Source: an uncultured Trueperaceae bacterium (GTDB lineage Bacteria; Deinococcota; Deinococci; Deinococcales; Trueperaceae). From it: a DNA stretch of 64,000 nucleotides. Position 1 is the first letter of the stretch. Each line of letters opens with the position of its first letter. The position numbers and the translations under genes were made by a program. The stretch spans positions 256,001-320,000 of the forward strand of contig CAWFFU010000010.1 of NCBI GenBank assembly GCA_963815215.1. The letters are read 5' to 3'. The notes under the pieces were generated by a model. The model saw nothing but the letters and a program-made list of their open reading frames with translations. It had not been told where the DNA came from and ran no database searches. This document shows, in pieces, positions 20,688-28,980 of this stretch.

Positions 20688-21770
20688 GTGGCAGGCTTCA
20701 AGGACTACTACGAGATGCTGGGTGTCCCGCGCGATGCGTCGCAGCCGGACATCAGGGCCGCGTTCCGCAAGCTTGCCGCCAAGCATCACCCGGACCGCAA
20801 TCCTGACGACGCCGGCGCCGAGGATCGCTTCAAGGAGATCAACGAGGCCTACACCGCGCTCTCCGATCCCGAGAAGCGCAAGATCTACGACCAGTACGGA
20901 ACGACCGGCGGCGCGCCGCCCTTCGCTCAGCAGAGCGGAGGCTTCCGGACGGTGTCGGCCGACGAGTTCGCCGGCTTCAGCGACTTCTTCCAGTCGCTGT
21001 TCGGCGGGACCATGGGGGGACGCGGCTTCACCACCGAGAGCGGCTTCGGCGACGTGTTCTCGCAGGGGGGCGTCCGACCTTCGGCGATGCGAGGCGGCCA
21101 GGCCGCCCGCGCCCCGCGAGGGGTCGAAGCGGAGCTGAAGGTGGGTCTCGAGGAGGCCTACCGCGGCGGCGAGACGACCTTCCGGATCGACGGCCGGGCG
21201 CTGACCGTCACCCTGCCCCGCGGCGTGCGCGACGGTGCGCGCCTGCGGTTGCGCGGCCAGGCGCCGGGTGGAGGCGATCTCATCCTGATCGTGCGCCACG
21301 CCCCTCACCGGGTGTACACGGTTCAGGGTGATGACGTTCGGGTGCGGGTCGACGTGCCGGATTACCGCGCCGCCCTGGGCGGCGGCGTGCGCGTGCCCAC
21401 CCTGGACGGCGAGGTGGAGATGACGCTCCCCGAGGGCACCACCGGGGGACGGGTGCTGCGCCTGCGGGGTCAGGGCTGGCCCCGCAAGGATGGCGCCCGC
21501 GGCGACGAGCTGGCGGAGATCCGGGTGGTGGTGCCGAAGAGACTGACTTCGGAGCAGAAGGCGCTCTACCGCAGGCTCGAAGGGTACGCCACGGGAGCGG
21601 CCCCTGCGCCTGAGGCCCCCGCTGGGGAGGCCTCCGGAGAGGATCGCGGGAACGGTTCCGGGACCGCCCCCGAGAGCGTCGCCGATACGGGGCCCGAGAC
21701 GGCCTCCGAGACCGCTCCCAAGGAGGGCGAGCGCAAGGGCAAACGGCGCAACAAGGAGGCGGCCGCCTGA
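20688..21770 (+). CDS. dnaJ: DnaJ co-chaperone lacking the Zn finger (type II/CbpA-like)
   Basis: KDYYEMLGV, HPD motif, G/F region and C-terminal domain. No CxxCxGxG repeats. Confidence 0.9.
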   Translation: MAGFKDYYEMLGVPRDASQPDIRAAFRKLAAKHHPDRNPDDAGAEDRFKEINEAYTALSDPEKRKIYDQYGTTGGAPPFAQQSGGFRTVSADEFAGFSDFFQSLFGGTMGGRGFTTESGFGDVFSQGGVRPSAMRGGQAARAPRGVEAELKVGLEEAYRGGETTFRIDGRALTVTLPRGVRDGARLRLRGQAPGGGDLILIVRHAPHRVYTVQGDDVRVRVDVPDYRAALGGGVRVPTLDGEVEMTLPEGTTGGRVLRLRGQGWPRKDGARGDELAEIRVVVPKRLTSEQKALYRRLEGYATGAAPAPEAPAGEASGEDRGNGSGTAPESVADTGPETASETAPKEGERKGKRRNKEAAA

Positions 21771-21869
21771 GCCTCCGTCCGGGCACGGGCCGAGGGCCGC
21801 CGGGCGCTGCGTAGCAACCGTGGTCCCACCCCACCGCCCGGGCCGCGACGGGGTGGTAGGGTTGCGGCC

Positions 21870-23030
21870 ATGACTCGATTCCCCAAGCGGCTCCGCCGCC
21901 TGTTGCCGTCACTGCTGGCTCTTGCCATGGTGGCGGGGCTCGCGAGCGCCCAGAGCACCAACCAGAGCACGTCCAAGAGCACGACCGCGACCAGCGCCTC
22001 CGGCAAGGATCCGGTGGTGATCCAGCTCGGCGACCAGACCGAGACCTTGAGCGACTTCGAGGCGCGTTTCGACATCGCCATCCGCAGCCTGGCGGCCCAG
22101 CAGGGCATGCCGATGACCCCGCAGCTCCGTCAGCAGCTCGCGGTGTACCAGCCGCAGTACCTGCAGCAGCGGGCGACCGAGATCGTGCTGCTCGACAAGG
22201 CCAAGAAGGACGGGCTGAAGATCGACCAGAAGCACGTCGACTCGGTGCTGACGCAGGTCGAGGGGAACGTTCCCAAGGGCAAGAAGTTGCAGGACCTGCT
22301 CGATCAGGCCGGCTTCAAGGACAAGGCGCAGCTCGTCCAGCTGATCGGCGAGTCCGACCTGATCAACCAGGAGATGCAGAAGCTCAAGGACGCCGTCAAG
22401 GTGACCGACGCCCAGCTCAAGGGCTACTACCAGGCGCACAAGGCGGACTACACGACGCCTGAGCAGGTCTGCGCCAGCCACATCCTGCTCAAGACCGAGG
22501 CCGACGCCCAGGCGGTGATGAAGGACCTCGCCGGCGGCGCCAACTTCGCCGCGGAGGCCAAGGCCAAGAGCACCGGGCCCAGCGCTTCCAAGGGCGGCGA
22601 CCTCGGTTGCTTCGGCAAGACCCAGATGGTCCAGCCCTTCGCCGACGCGGCCTTCAAAGCGCAGGTCGGCAAGGTCGTGGGACCGGTCAAGACCCAGTAC
22701 GGCTACCATGTGATCCTGGTCAGCAAGCACACCCAGGCCACGACCAAGCCGTTCGACCAGGTCAAGAGCGACGTCGAGTCGAAGCTCCGTCAGGAGCACG
22801 CCAACCAGCAAGTGCAGGCGCTGCTCAAGAGCTCGGGCGTCCAGACGTTCCCGAAGCTCCTTCCGGCCCCGCCGCAGCCCTCGGGCACGGCGCCGGCCGG
22901 CGGCAACGGCGCAGGTACGTCCGGCGGTACCACCACCGGCGGTAGCACCACGGGTGGCAGCACCACCGGCGGCAGCACCACCGGCGGTAGCACTACGGGT
23001 GGCAGCACCACCGGTGGGGCCGGCAACTAG
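21870..23030 (+). CDS. Exported parvulin-type peptidyl-prolyl isomerase (PrsA/SurA-like)
   Basis: Signal peptide, ASHILLK, KGGDLG and PVKTQYGYHVI. C-terminal GGSTT repeats. Confidence 0.9.
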   Translation: MTRFPKRLRRLLPSLLALAMVAGLASAQSTNQSTSKSTTATSASGKDPVVIQLGDQTETLSDFEARFDIAIRSLAAQQGMPMTPQLRQQLAVYQPQYLQQRATEIVLLDKAKKDGLKIDQKHVDSVLTQVEGNVPKGKKLQDLLDQAGFKDKAQLVQLIGESDLINQEMQKLKDAVKVTDAQLKGYYQAHKADYTTPEQVCASHILLKTEADAQAVMKDLAGGANFAAEAKAKSTGPSASKGGDLGCFGKTQMVQPFADAAFKAQVGKVVGPVKTQYGYHVILVSKHTQATTKPFDQVKSDVESKLRQEHANQQVQALLKSSGVQTFPKLLPAPPQPSGTAPAGGNGAGTSGGTTTGGSTTGGSTTGGSTTGGSTTGGSTTGGAGN

Positions 23031-23061
23031 CCGACCTTCGCTCCTATCCCGTCAAGCGTCG

Positions 23062-23098
23062 AAGCGGCGCGCCGGCCCTGGCCGCCGGCGCGCCGCTT
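23062..23098. terminator. 15-bp stem-loop between convergent prsA-like and pdxH genes
   Basis: aagcggcgcgccggc-N7-gccggcgcgccgctt. Confidence 0.65.
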
Positions 23099-23102
23099 GC
23101 GG

Positions 23103-23738
23103 TCACGGGAACAGCCGCTCGACGGCCCAGCCGTGCTCCGTGGCGCGGTACAGGTAGCGGTCGTGGAGCCGGTTCTCCCGTCCCTGCCAGAACTCGATAC
23201 GTGACGGCTGCAGGCGGTAGCCGCCCCACGTAGGCGGCAACGGCACGGCGCCTTCGGGGAAGCGCGCCTGCATCGCCGCGAAGCGCCCCTCGATCTCCTT
23301 GCGATCGGCGACGGGACGGCTCTGCTCCGAGGCCCAGGCCGCGAGCTGGGAACCGTAGGGACGGCTCGCGAAGTAGGCGCGACCGGCGGCCTCGGGGAGT
23401 CTCGCAACGGTGCCCTCGACGCGCACCTGGCGCTCCAGTCGATCCCACCAGAAGCAGGCGGCTGCCTGGGGGTTGGCTTCCAGATCGCGACCTTTGCGGC
23501 TGGCGTAGTTGGTGTAGAACTCCAGCCCGCCACCGGCGATGCCCTTGAGCAGCACCATGCGCGAGGAGACACGCCCGTCGCCGTCGGCGGTGGCCAGGCT
23601 CATGGCGTTGGGCTCGAGCATGCCGGCATCGAGCGCCTGGCGCAGCCAGCGCTCGAGCTGCAGCAGCGGATCGTCGTCGAGCTCGAAGGTCGTGAGCGTT
23701 CCCTGACGGTAGCTCCTGCGGGGTGCGTCGGCGGCCAT
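23103..23738 (-). CDS. pdxH: Pyridoxamine 5'-phosphate oxidase
   Basis: RMVLLK, FYTNYASRKG, RQVRVEG and EFWQGRENRLHDR. Confidence 0.97.
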   Translation of the reverse strand: MAADAPRRSYRQGTLTTFELDDDPLLQLERWLRQALDAGMLEPNAMSLATADGDGRVSSRMVLLKGIAGGGLEFYTNYASRKGRDLEANPQAAACFWWDRLERQVRVEGTVARLPEAAGRAYFASRPYGSQLAAWASEQSRPVADRKEIEGRFAAMQARFPEGAVPLPPTWGGYRLQPSRIEFWQGRENRLHDRYLYRATEHGWAVERLFP

Positions 23739-23817
23739 GGGGCCAGTCTACGGGCGTGCGCGCCGTCGCGGCCCGTGAGTAAGAACCTTGTAAGGCCCGG
23801 GGCGGTATCGTCCTATC

Positions 23818-23975
23818 GAGGCGTTGGAAGACCTGCAGCCTCCCCTCCTCCTTCCTCTTGCGTCTTCTTTCCAGCGCGTCATCGCCTTCTCCCCTTGAGC
23901 AGGCCGCCTGTCCCGCCCGGGTTTCTCCCTGGCGGGACGCGCCGTTTCGTGAGGGGGGAGCCGGCTCCTCTCAAC
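23818..23975 (+). ncRNA. Candidate structured small RNA with C/U-rich anti-SD loop
   Basis: Hairpin 23821-23877 presents CCTCCCCTCCTCCTTCCTC, and a second long hairpin spans 23889-23960. Upstream are GTAAG-N6-GTAAG and TATCGT. The region has no convincing ORF. Confidence 0.45.
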
Positions 23976-24055
23976 TCACCGGGACGCTCGTTGTGGTCGT
24001 CTGCTGGTGTCGTCTGCTGGTGTCGCCTGCTGGTGACGCCTGCTACCGTGGCGGC

Positions 24056-26218
24056 ATGCCCAACGGTTTGGCGCACGCCACCAGCCCCTACCTGCTCCAG
24101 CACAGTGAGAACCCTGTCGACTGGCGCCCCTGGGGCGAGGAGGCGTTCGCGCTGGCGCGCCGGCTCGACCGGCCGCTGCTGCTCTCCATCGGGTATGCGT
24201 CGTGCCACTGGTGCCACGTCATGGCCCACGAGTCGTTCGAGGACGATCGGCTGGCGGAGTTCCTGAACGAGCACTTCGTGTGCGTGAAGGTCGATCGGGA
24301 GGAACGTCCCGACGTCGACGCGGTGTACATGAGCGCGGTCCAGGCGATGACCGGTAGCGGGGGTTGGCCCCTGACGGTGATCCTCACCCCCGGCGGCGCA
24401 CCCTTCTTCGGGGGGACCTACTTCCCGCCGCAGCCGCGCTGGGGGCGGCCCTCCTTCCGGCAGGTGCTGGAGGGCGTGAGCCGGGCGTGGTCCGAGCGAC
24501 GCGGCGAAGTCGAGGAGGCGGCGCGCTCGATGCACGAGCAGCTCCGCGCGCTGGAGGCGCCGTTCGCGGGTGCAGCGGCGGCGGCGCCGGCGACAGCGCC
24601 GGCGACAGCTCGGGCGCCCGGCGCGGCGGGTCAGGCAGTTGCGCGTGAGGTTGCTGCGCGTGAGGTTGCAGCGCGTGAGGTTGCTGCGCGGGCCCGCGCG
24701 CTCGCAGCCCTGGCAGCAACCTTCGACGCGGAGCGCGGCGGCTTCGGCGACGCTCCCAAGTTCCCGCCTCACGGCGCGCTGCGCTTCCTTCTCGACAGTC
24801 CGGAGGACGGCGCGCTGGCCATGGCCACGGCCACGCTCGATGCCATGGCCGACGGCGGCATCCATGACCAGCTCGGAGGCGGCTTCGCGCGCTACAGCGT
24901 GGACGCGCGTTGGGACGTGCCGCACTTCGAGAAGATGCTCTACGACAACGCCCAGCTCCTGCAGCTCTACGCCGAGGGCTACCGCCGCAGCGGCCGGACC
25001 CGCTACGCCGCGGTGGCCGAAGGCATCGTCGGCTGGATGGAGCGCGAGTTGCTCACCCCGGAGGGGGCGTTGTGCAGCTCGCTGGACGCCGACAGCGAGG
25101 GGGAGGAGGGGCGCTTCTACAGCTGGACGGAGGAGGCGATCGACGCCGTCACCGGCATCGACGCCGCCTTCGTCAAGCGGCACTTCGGGGTACGTACACC
25201 GGGTCCGTTCGAGGGGCGCAACGTGCTGCGCGTCGCCGAGCCGTTGCCCGCCACGGCGGCGGCGTTCGGGCTCGAGCCCGAGGAGGCGGCGGCCCGTCTG
25301 GGCCGCGCCCGCCGCGCCCTGGCCGCCGCCCGCGAACAGCGACCGCGCCCGGCCCTGGACGACAAGGTCCTGGCGTCCTGGAACGGGCTCGCGCTCGCCG
25401 GCCTGGCCGACGCCGCCCGCCTGCTGGGCTCCGAGCGATCGCTGACCCTGGCCCACGGGCTGGTGCGCTTCGTGCGCGCGGAGCTGCTCCAGGACGGGCG
25501 TTTGTTGCACGCCTGGCGGGGTGGGAGCGCCCACATCGAGGGACTGCTGGAGGACTACGCCTACCTGGGCCTGGGCCTGCTGGCGCTCCACCGCCTCACC
25601 TTGGAGGCGCCGCTGCTCGAGCTGGCGCTGGACCTCGCCGCCGTCGTGCGCCGCGACTTCGAGGCGGACGACGGCGGCTTCTACTCGACCTCGCGTCGCG
25701 GCGAGCGTCTGCTGGTGCGCCCCCGCTCGCTGGCCGACGCCGCCGTCCCGTCCGACAACGCCGCCGCCGCCGAGCTGCTGGCGCGCCTCGCCCGCGTGAC
25801 GGGGGACGGTGCGCTGGCGGAGGCGGCCGCGCGCGCCGTCGGGCCCCTGGAGGACGCCATGCAGCGGCATCCCCAGGCGTTCGCGTCGGCCCTGACGGTC
25901 CGCCGCATCCTGGCCGAGCCGCCGCGGGAAGTGGTGCTGGTGGGCGACCCGCGCGGCGCCGACACCGCCGCGCTGGCGGCCGCCTGGCGCCGGCGCGCCG
26001 ACCCCGCGGTGGCGGCGTTGCTGGTGAGTGGGCCGGACGATGCGCTGGCGCGGCGCTGCCCGCTGGCGCGGGGTCGTGAGCGGCTCGACGGTCGCGCCAG
26101 CGCCTACGTGTGCCAGGGCGGTGTCTGCCGCCTGCCGGTCGTCGAGGTGGCGGCGTTCGAGCGCGAGCTCGACGCCATCGGACTGGCGCCGCTGTCGATC
26201 CCGCCGCACTCAGGGTAG
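24056..26218 (+). CDS. Thioredoxin-domain protein, YyaL/SSP411 (DUF255) family
   Basis: [24 protein letters not shown] and [17 protein letters not shown] lies 6 nt before the ATG. Confidence 0.93.
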   Translation: MPNGLAHATSPYLLQHSENPVDWRPWGEEAFALARRLDRPLLLSIGYASCHWCHVMAHESFEDDRLAEFLNEHFVCVKVDREERPDVDAVYMSAVQAMTGSGGWPLTVILTPGGAPFFGGTYFPPQPRWGRPSFRQVLEGVSRAWSERRGEVEEAARSMHEQLRALEAPFAGAAAAAPATAPATARAPGAAGQAVAREVAAREVAAREVAARARALAALAATFDAERGGFGDAPKFPPHGALRFLLDSPEDGALAMATATLDAMADGGIHDQLGGGFARYSVDARWDVPHFEKMLYDNAQLLQLYAEGYRRSGRTRYAAVAEGIVGWMERELLTPEGALCSSLDADSEGEEGRFYSWTEEAIDAVTGIDAAFVKRHFGVRTPGPFEGRNVLRVAEPLPATAAAFGLEPEEAAARLGRARRALAAAREQRPRPALDDKVLASWNGLALAGLADAARLLGSERSLTLAHGLVRFVRAELLQDGRLLHAWRGGSAHIEGLLEDYAYLGLGLLALHRLTLEAPLLELALDLAAVVRRDFEADDGGFYSTSRRGERLLVRPRSLADAAVPSDNAAAAELLARLARVTGDGALAEAAARAVGPLEDAMQRHPQAFASALTVRRILAEPPREVVLVGDPRGADTAALAAAWRRRADPAVAALLVSGPDDALARRCPLARGRERLDGRASAYVCQGGVCRLPVVEVAAFERELDAIGLAPLSIPPHSG

Positions 26219-26227
26219 CCGCTCCGC

Positions 26228-26284
26228 TTGACAGCGAGAGGGCGGCGCGGCATGCTGACACTCGACTGACCGACCGGTCGGTCA
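26228..26284 (+). promoter_or_regulatory. MFS promoter and perfect 18-bp palindromic TetR-type operator
   Basis: TTGACA-17 nt-CATGCT, then TGACCGACCGGTCGGTCA at 26267-26284. Confidence 0.75.
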
Positions 26285-26359
26285 CTCGTCGCGGTTGTGG
26301 CGGCCACGCCTGGCGTAGGCGCGCCCCGCGACCGGAAGCCACCCTTGGAGGGATCGGAC

Positions 26360-27742
26360 ATGGAAGAGAGGGCCCGCAATCGGCTCCTTGCCGTGCTTTT
26401 CGTGGGCGTGCTCATGGGCGCGCTCGACATCGCCATCGTGGGGCCGGCGCTGCCGGCGATCCAACGCGGTTTCGGCGTCGGCAACGCCGCCATCGCCTGG
26501 GTCTTCAACGTCTACGTGCTGTTCAACCTGATGGCCACGCCGCTGATGGCGAAGCTCTCCGATCGCTTCGGGCGCCGCCGCATCTACACCCTCGACGTGG
26601 CGCTCTTCGGCATCGGCTCGCTGGTCGTGGCGCTCTCCCCGAGCCTCACCGTGCTGCTGGTGGGCCGGGCGATCCAGGCCATCGGGGCCGGCGGCATCTT
26701 CCCGGTCGCCAGCGCCGTCATCGGCGACACCTTCCCGGCGGAGAAGCGCGGTCGGGCCCTCGGCATCATCGGCGCCGTGTTCGGCCTGGCGTTCCTGGTG
26801 GGCCCGTTGCTCGGCGGCCTGCTGCTGCAGTTGAGCTGGCACTGGCTGTTCCTCATCAACCTGCCGGTGGCTGCCTGGCTCATCGTAGCCAGCCAGCGAC
26901 TCGTGCCCGACGTGCGAGCCGCCGAGAGTCCCCCCTTCGACTGGACCGGCGTGAGCGTGCTGAGCCTGATGCTGGCGGGCCTGGCGCTCGGCCTCAGCGG
27001 CCTCGACAGCACAGCGCTGTTGTCCAGCCTGTTGAGTTGGAACGTAGGCCCCTTCCTGCTGGTGGCGCTCGTGCTGCTCCCGCTGTTCTGGTCGGTCGAG
27101 CGGCGCGCGGCCGACGCCGTGCTGCGGCCGCGCCTGCTGGCGTCCAATCAGGTGCGGCTGGTCGGCCTGTTCGCCGCCGGCGCCGGCCTCAGCGAGGCGG
27201 CCATGGTGTTCCTGCCGTCGCTGGCCGTGTCCTCGCTGGGTGTGGGGGAGGCCACTGCCAGCTTCATGCTGCTGCCGCTGGTGCTGGCTCTGGCGGTCGG
27301 ATCGCCTACGGCCGGCCGCGTCCTCGACGCGCTGGGCTCGAGGATCGTGGTGGTCGCCGGACTCGCGCTGACCGCCGCCGGGCTGTTCGTGTTCGGCGCC
27401 GCCTCCACGAGCCTGGCCGGCTTCATCGTCGCCTCCGTCCTCACCGGCCTCGGGCTGTCGGCTCTCCTGGGTGCTCCGCTGCGCTACATCCTGCTGCGCG
27501 AGGCGGACGAAGCCGACCGCGGGGCCTCGCAGGGCCTGTTGACGGTGTTCACCAGCGTGGGACAGCTCGTCGGTGGCGCCCTGGTGGGAGCGGTGGCGGC
27601 CTCCTCGGCCGGCGGATTCCCGCCGGCGCTCACCGTGCTGGCGGTGGTGATGGCCGTGATGCTGGTGCCGTCGTTCGGCCTCAAGGGGCGGCGTCAGGAA
27701 CAGGCGTCGCGCCTGGAGGGGAGCGACAGGGCGGCGAACTGA
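26360..27742 (+). CDS. MFS transporter (DHA2-like efflux)
   Basis: KLSDRFGRR (motif A), GRAIQAIGAGG and WLFLINLP. About 14 TM segments. Confidence 0.92.
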   Translation: MEERARNRLLAVLFVGVLMGALDIAIVGPALPAIQRGFGVGNAAIAWVFNVYVLFNLMATPLMAKLSDRFGRRRIYTLDVALFGIGSLVVALSPSLTVLLVGRAIQAIGAGGIFPVASAVIGDTFPAEKRGRALGIIGAVFGLAFLVGPLLGGLLLQLSWHWLFLINLPVAAWLIVASQRLVPDVRAAESPPFDWTGVSVLSLMLAGLALGLSGLDSTALLSSLLSWNVGPFLLVALVLLPLFWSVERRAADAVLRPRLLASNQVRLVGLFAAGAGLSEAAMVFLPSLAVSSLGVGEATASFMLLPLVLALAVGSPTAGRVLDALGSRIVVVAGLALTAAGLFVFGAASTSLAGFIVASVLTGLGLSALLGAPLRYILLREADEADRGASQGLLTVFTSVGQLVGGALVGAVAASSAGGFPPALTVLAVVMAVMLVPSFGLKGRRQEQASRLEGSDRAAN

Positions 27743-27824
27743 GGCAGAATAGGGCAGGACGACCGCGGCAGCGCGGGGTGCGGCCCTGCCTGTGCGCTTC
27801 GACAGCGAAAGGATCGACACGATC

Positions 27825-28265
27825 ATGTACATATTCCTGCTGGATCTCCACAACCTGCTGCGTTGGGTGATCGTCATCGTCGGCGTCGTCGCGGTGGCCA
27901 TGGCCCTGCGTGGCGCCTTCGCGCGGGGGGCCTGGACCGGCCAACAGAACTCGCTCGGGCGGGTGTTCACCATGTCCGTCGACGTGCAACTGCTCGTAGG
28001 CCTGCTTCTGTACTTCGTGTTCAGCCCCATCACCACCGGCGCCTTCGCCGATTTCGGCGCCGCCATGAAGAACGACCACACCCGCTTCTTCCTGGTCGAG
28101 CACTTGCCGCTGATGGTCATCGCCATCGCCCTCATCCATGTGGGGGCCGCACGCGCGCGCAAGCTGAACAGCGCACGGCCGGCGGCTATCTTCTACACCG
28201 TCGCCATGGTGTTGATGGTCATCGCCATCCCCTGGTGGCGGCCGCTGATCCCCGGGATGGGGTGA
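27825..28265 (+). CDS. Small 4-TM membrane protein with His residues (cytochrome b-like hypothetical)
   Basis: LHNLLRW, VEHLPLM...IHVG and IPW. Confidence 0.75.
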   Translation: MYIFLLDLHNLLRWVIVIVGVVAVAMALRGAFARGAWTGQQNSLGRVFTMSVDVQLLVGLLLYFVFSPITTGAFADFGAAMKNDHTRFFLVEHLPLMVIAIALIHVGAARARKLNSARPAAIFYTVAMVLMVIAIPWWRPLIPGMG

Positions 28266-28349
28266 GGGCGGGCGTGACGCGCACGCCCTGGGTCGACGCC
28301 GTGACGACGTCCGCCGGCTCCCCGAGCGCCGGCGGCCGGTGAGCGGGTC

Positions 28350-28928
28350 GTGACGCAGGCGGGCGCCGCCGACAGCGTCAAGGACCGCATCCTCGACGAG
28401 GCCGCCGCGCTCTTCGTCACGCACGGCTACCACGGGTTGTCGATGCGGCAGATCGCCGAGGCGGTGGGGGTGTCCAAGGCGGGCCTCTACTACCACTTCG
28501 AGGACAAGGAGACCCTCTTCCTGGCGATCCTGCTGCACCACATCGAACGGGTCGGCGAGCTGGTCGACCAGGCGCGCGCCGCCGGCGGGAGCGCCCGCCG
28601 GCAGGTGCACGGGGTGTTGACCAACATCCTCACCCACATGCGGGGCAGCCAGCGCTTCATCCGGCTCGCCGAGCAGGACGCCGTCAGCCTCCACCCCGCG
28701 TCGCGGGACCAGATGCACCGGGCCTACAGAGAGCGTTTCCTTGGCCCCATCGAGGCGATCCTCGAGCAGGGCGTCGCCGGCGGCGAGCTCCGCCCGCTCG
28801 ACCCCACCCAGACGACCTGGCTGTTGCTGGGCATGGCCTACTCCGGGCTGTCGGCCAGCCCGGAGCGGGTGCCCGCGGTGGTGGCGCTGATCGAGGATGT
28901 GTTCTTCGAGGGCGTAGAGGCCCGCTGA
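28350..28928 (+). CDS. TetR/AcrR family regulator
   Basis: GYHGLSMRQIAEAVGVSKAGLYYHFEDKE. Confidence 0.95.
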   Translation: MTQAGAADSVKDRILDEAAALFVTHGYHGLSMRQIAEAVGVSKAGLYYHFEDKETLFLAILLHHIERVGELVDQARAAGGSARRQVHGVLTNILTHMRGSQRFIRLAEQDAVSLHPASRDQMHRAYRERFLGPIEAILEQGVAGGELRPLDPTQTTWLLLGMAYSGLSASPERVPAVVALIEDVFFEGVEAR

Positions 28929-28980
28929 GGCCCGCTTGGGCCGACGACGGAGGCTCCCGGAGCGCTGGTAGCATGACCGG

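Noticed and set aside
23775..24266. 163-aa ORF, or an N-terminal extension of yyaL to 23858
   Set aside because: Composition is atypical, and yyaL homology starts at MPNGLA with a -10 box 6 nt upstream.
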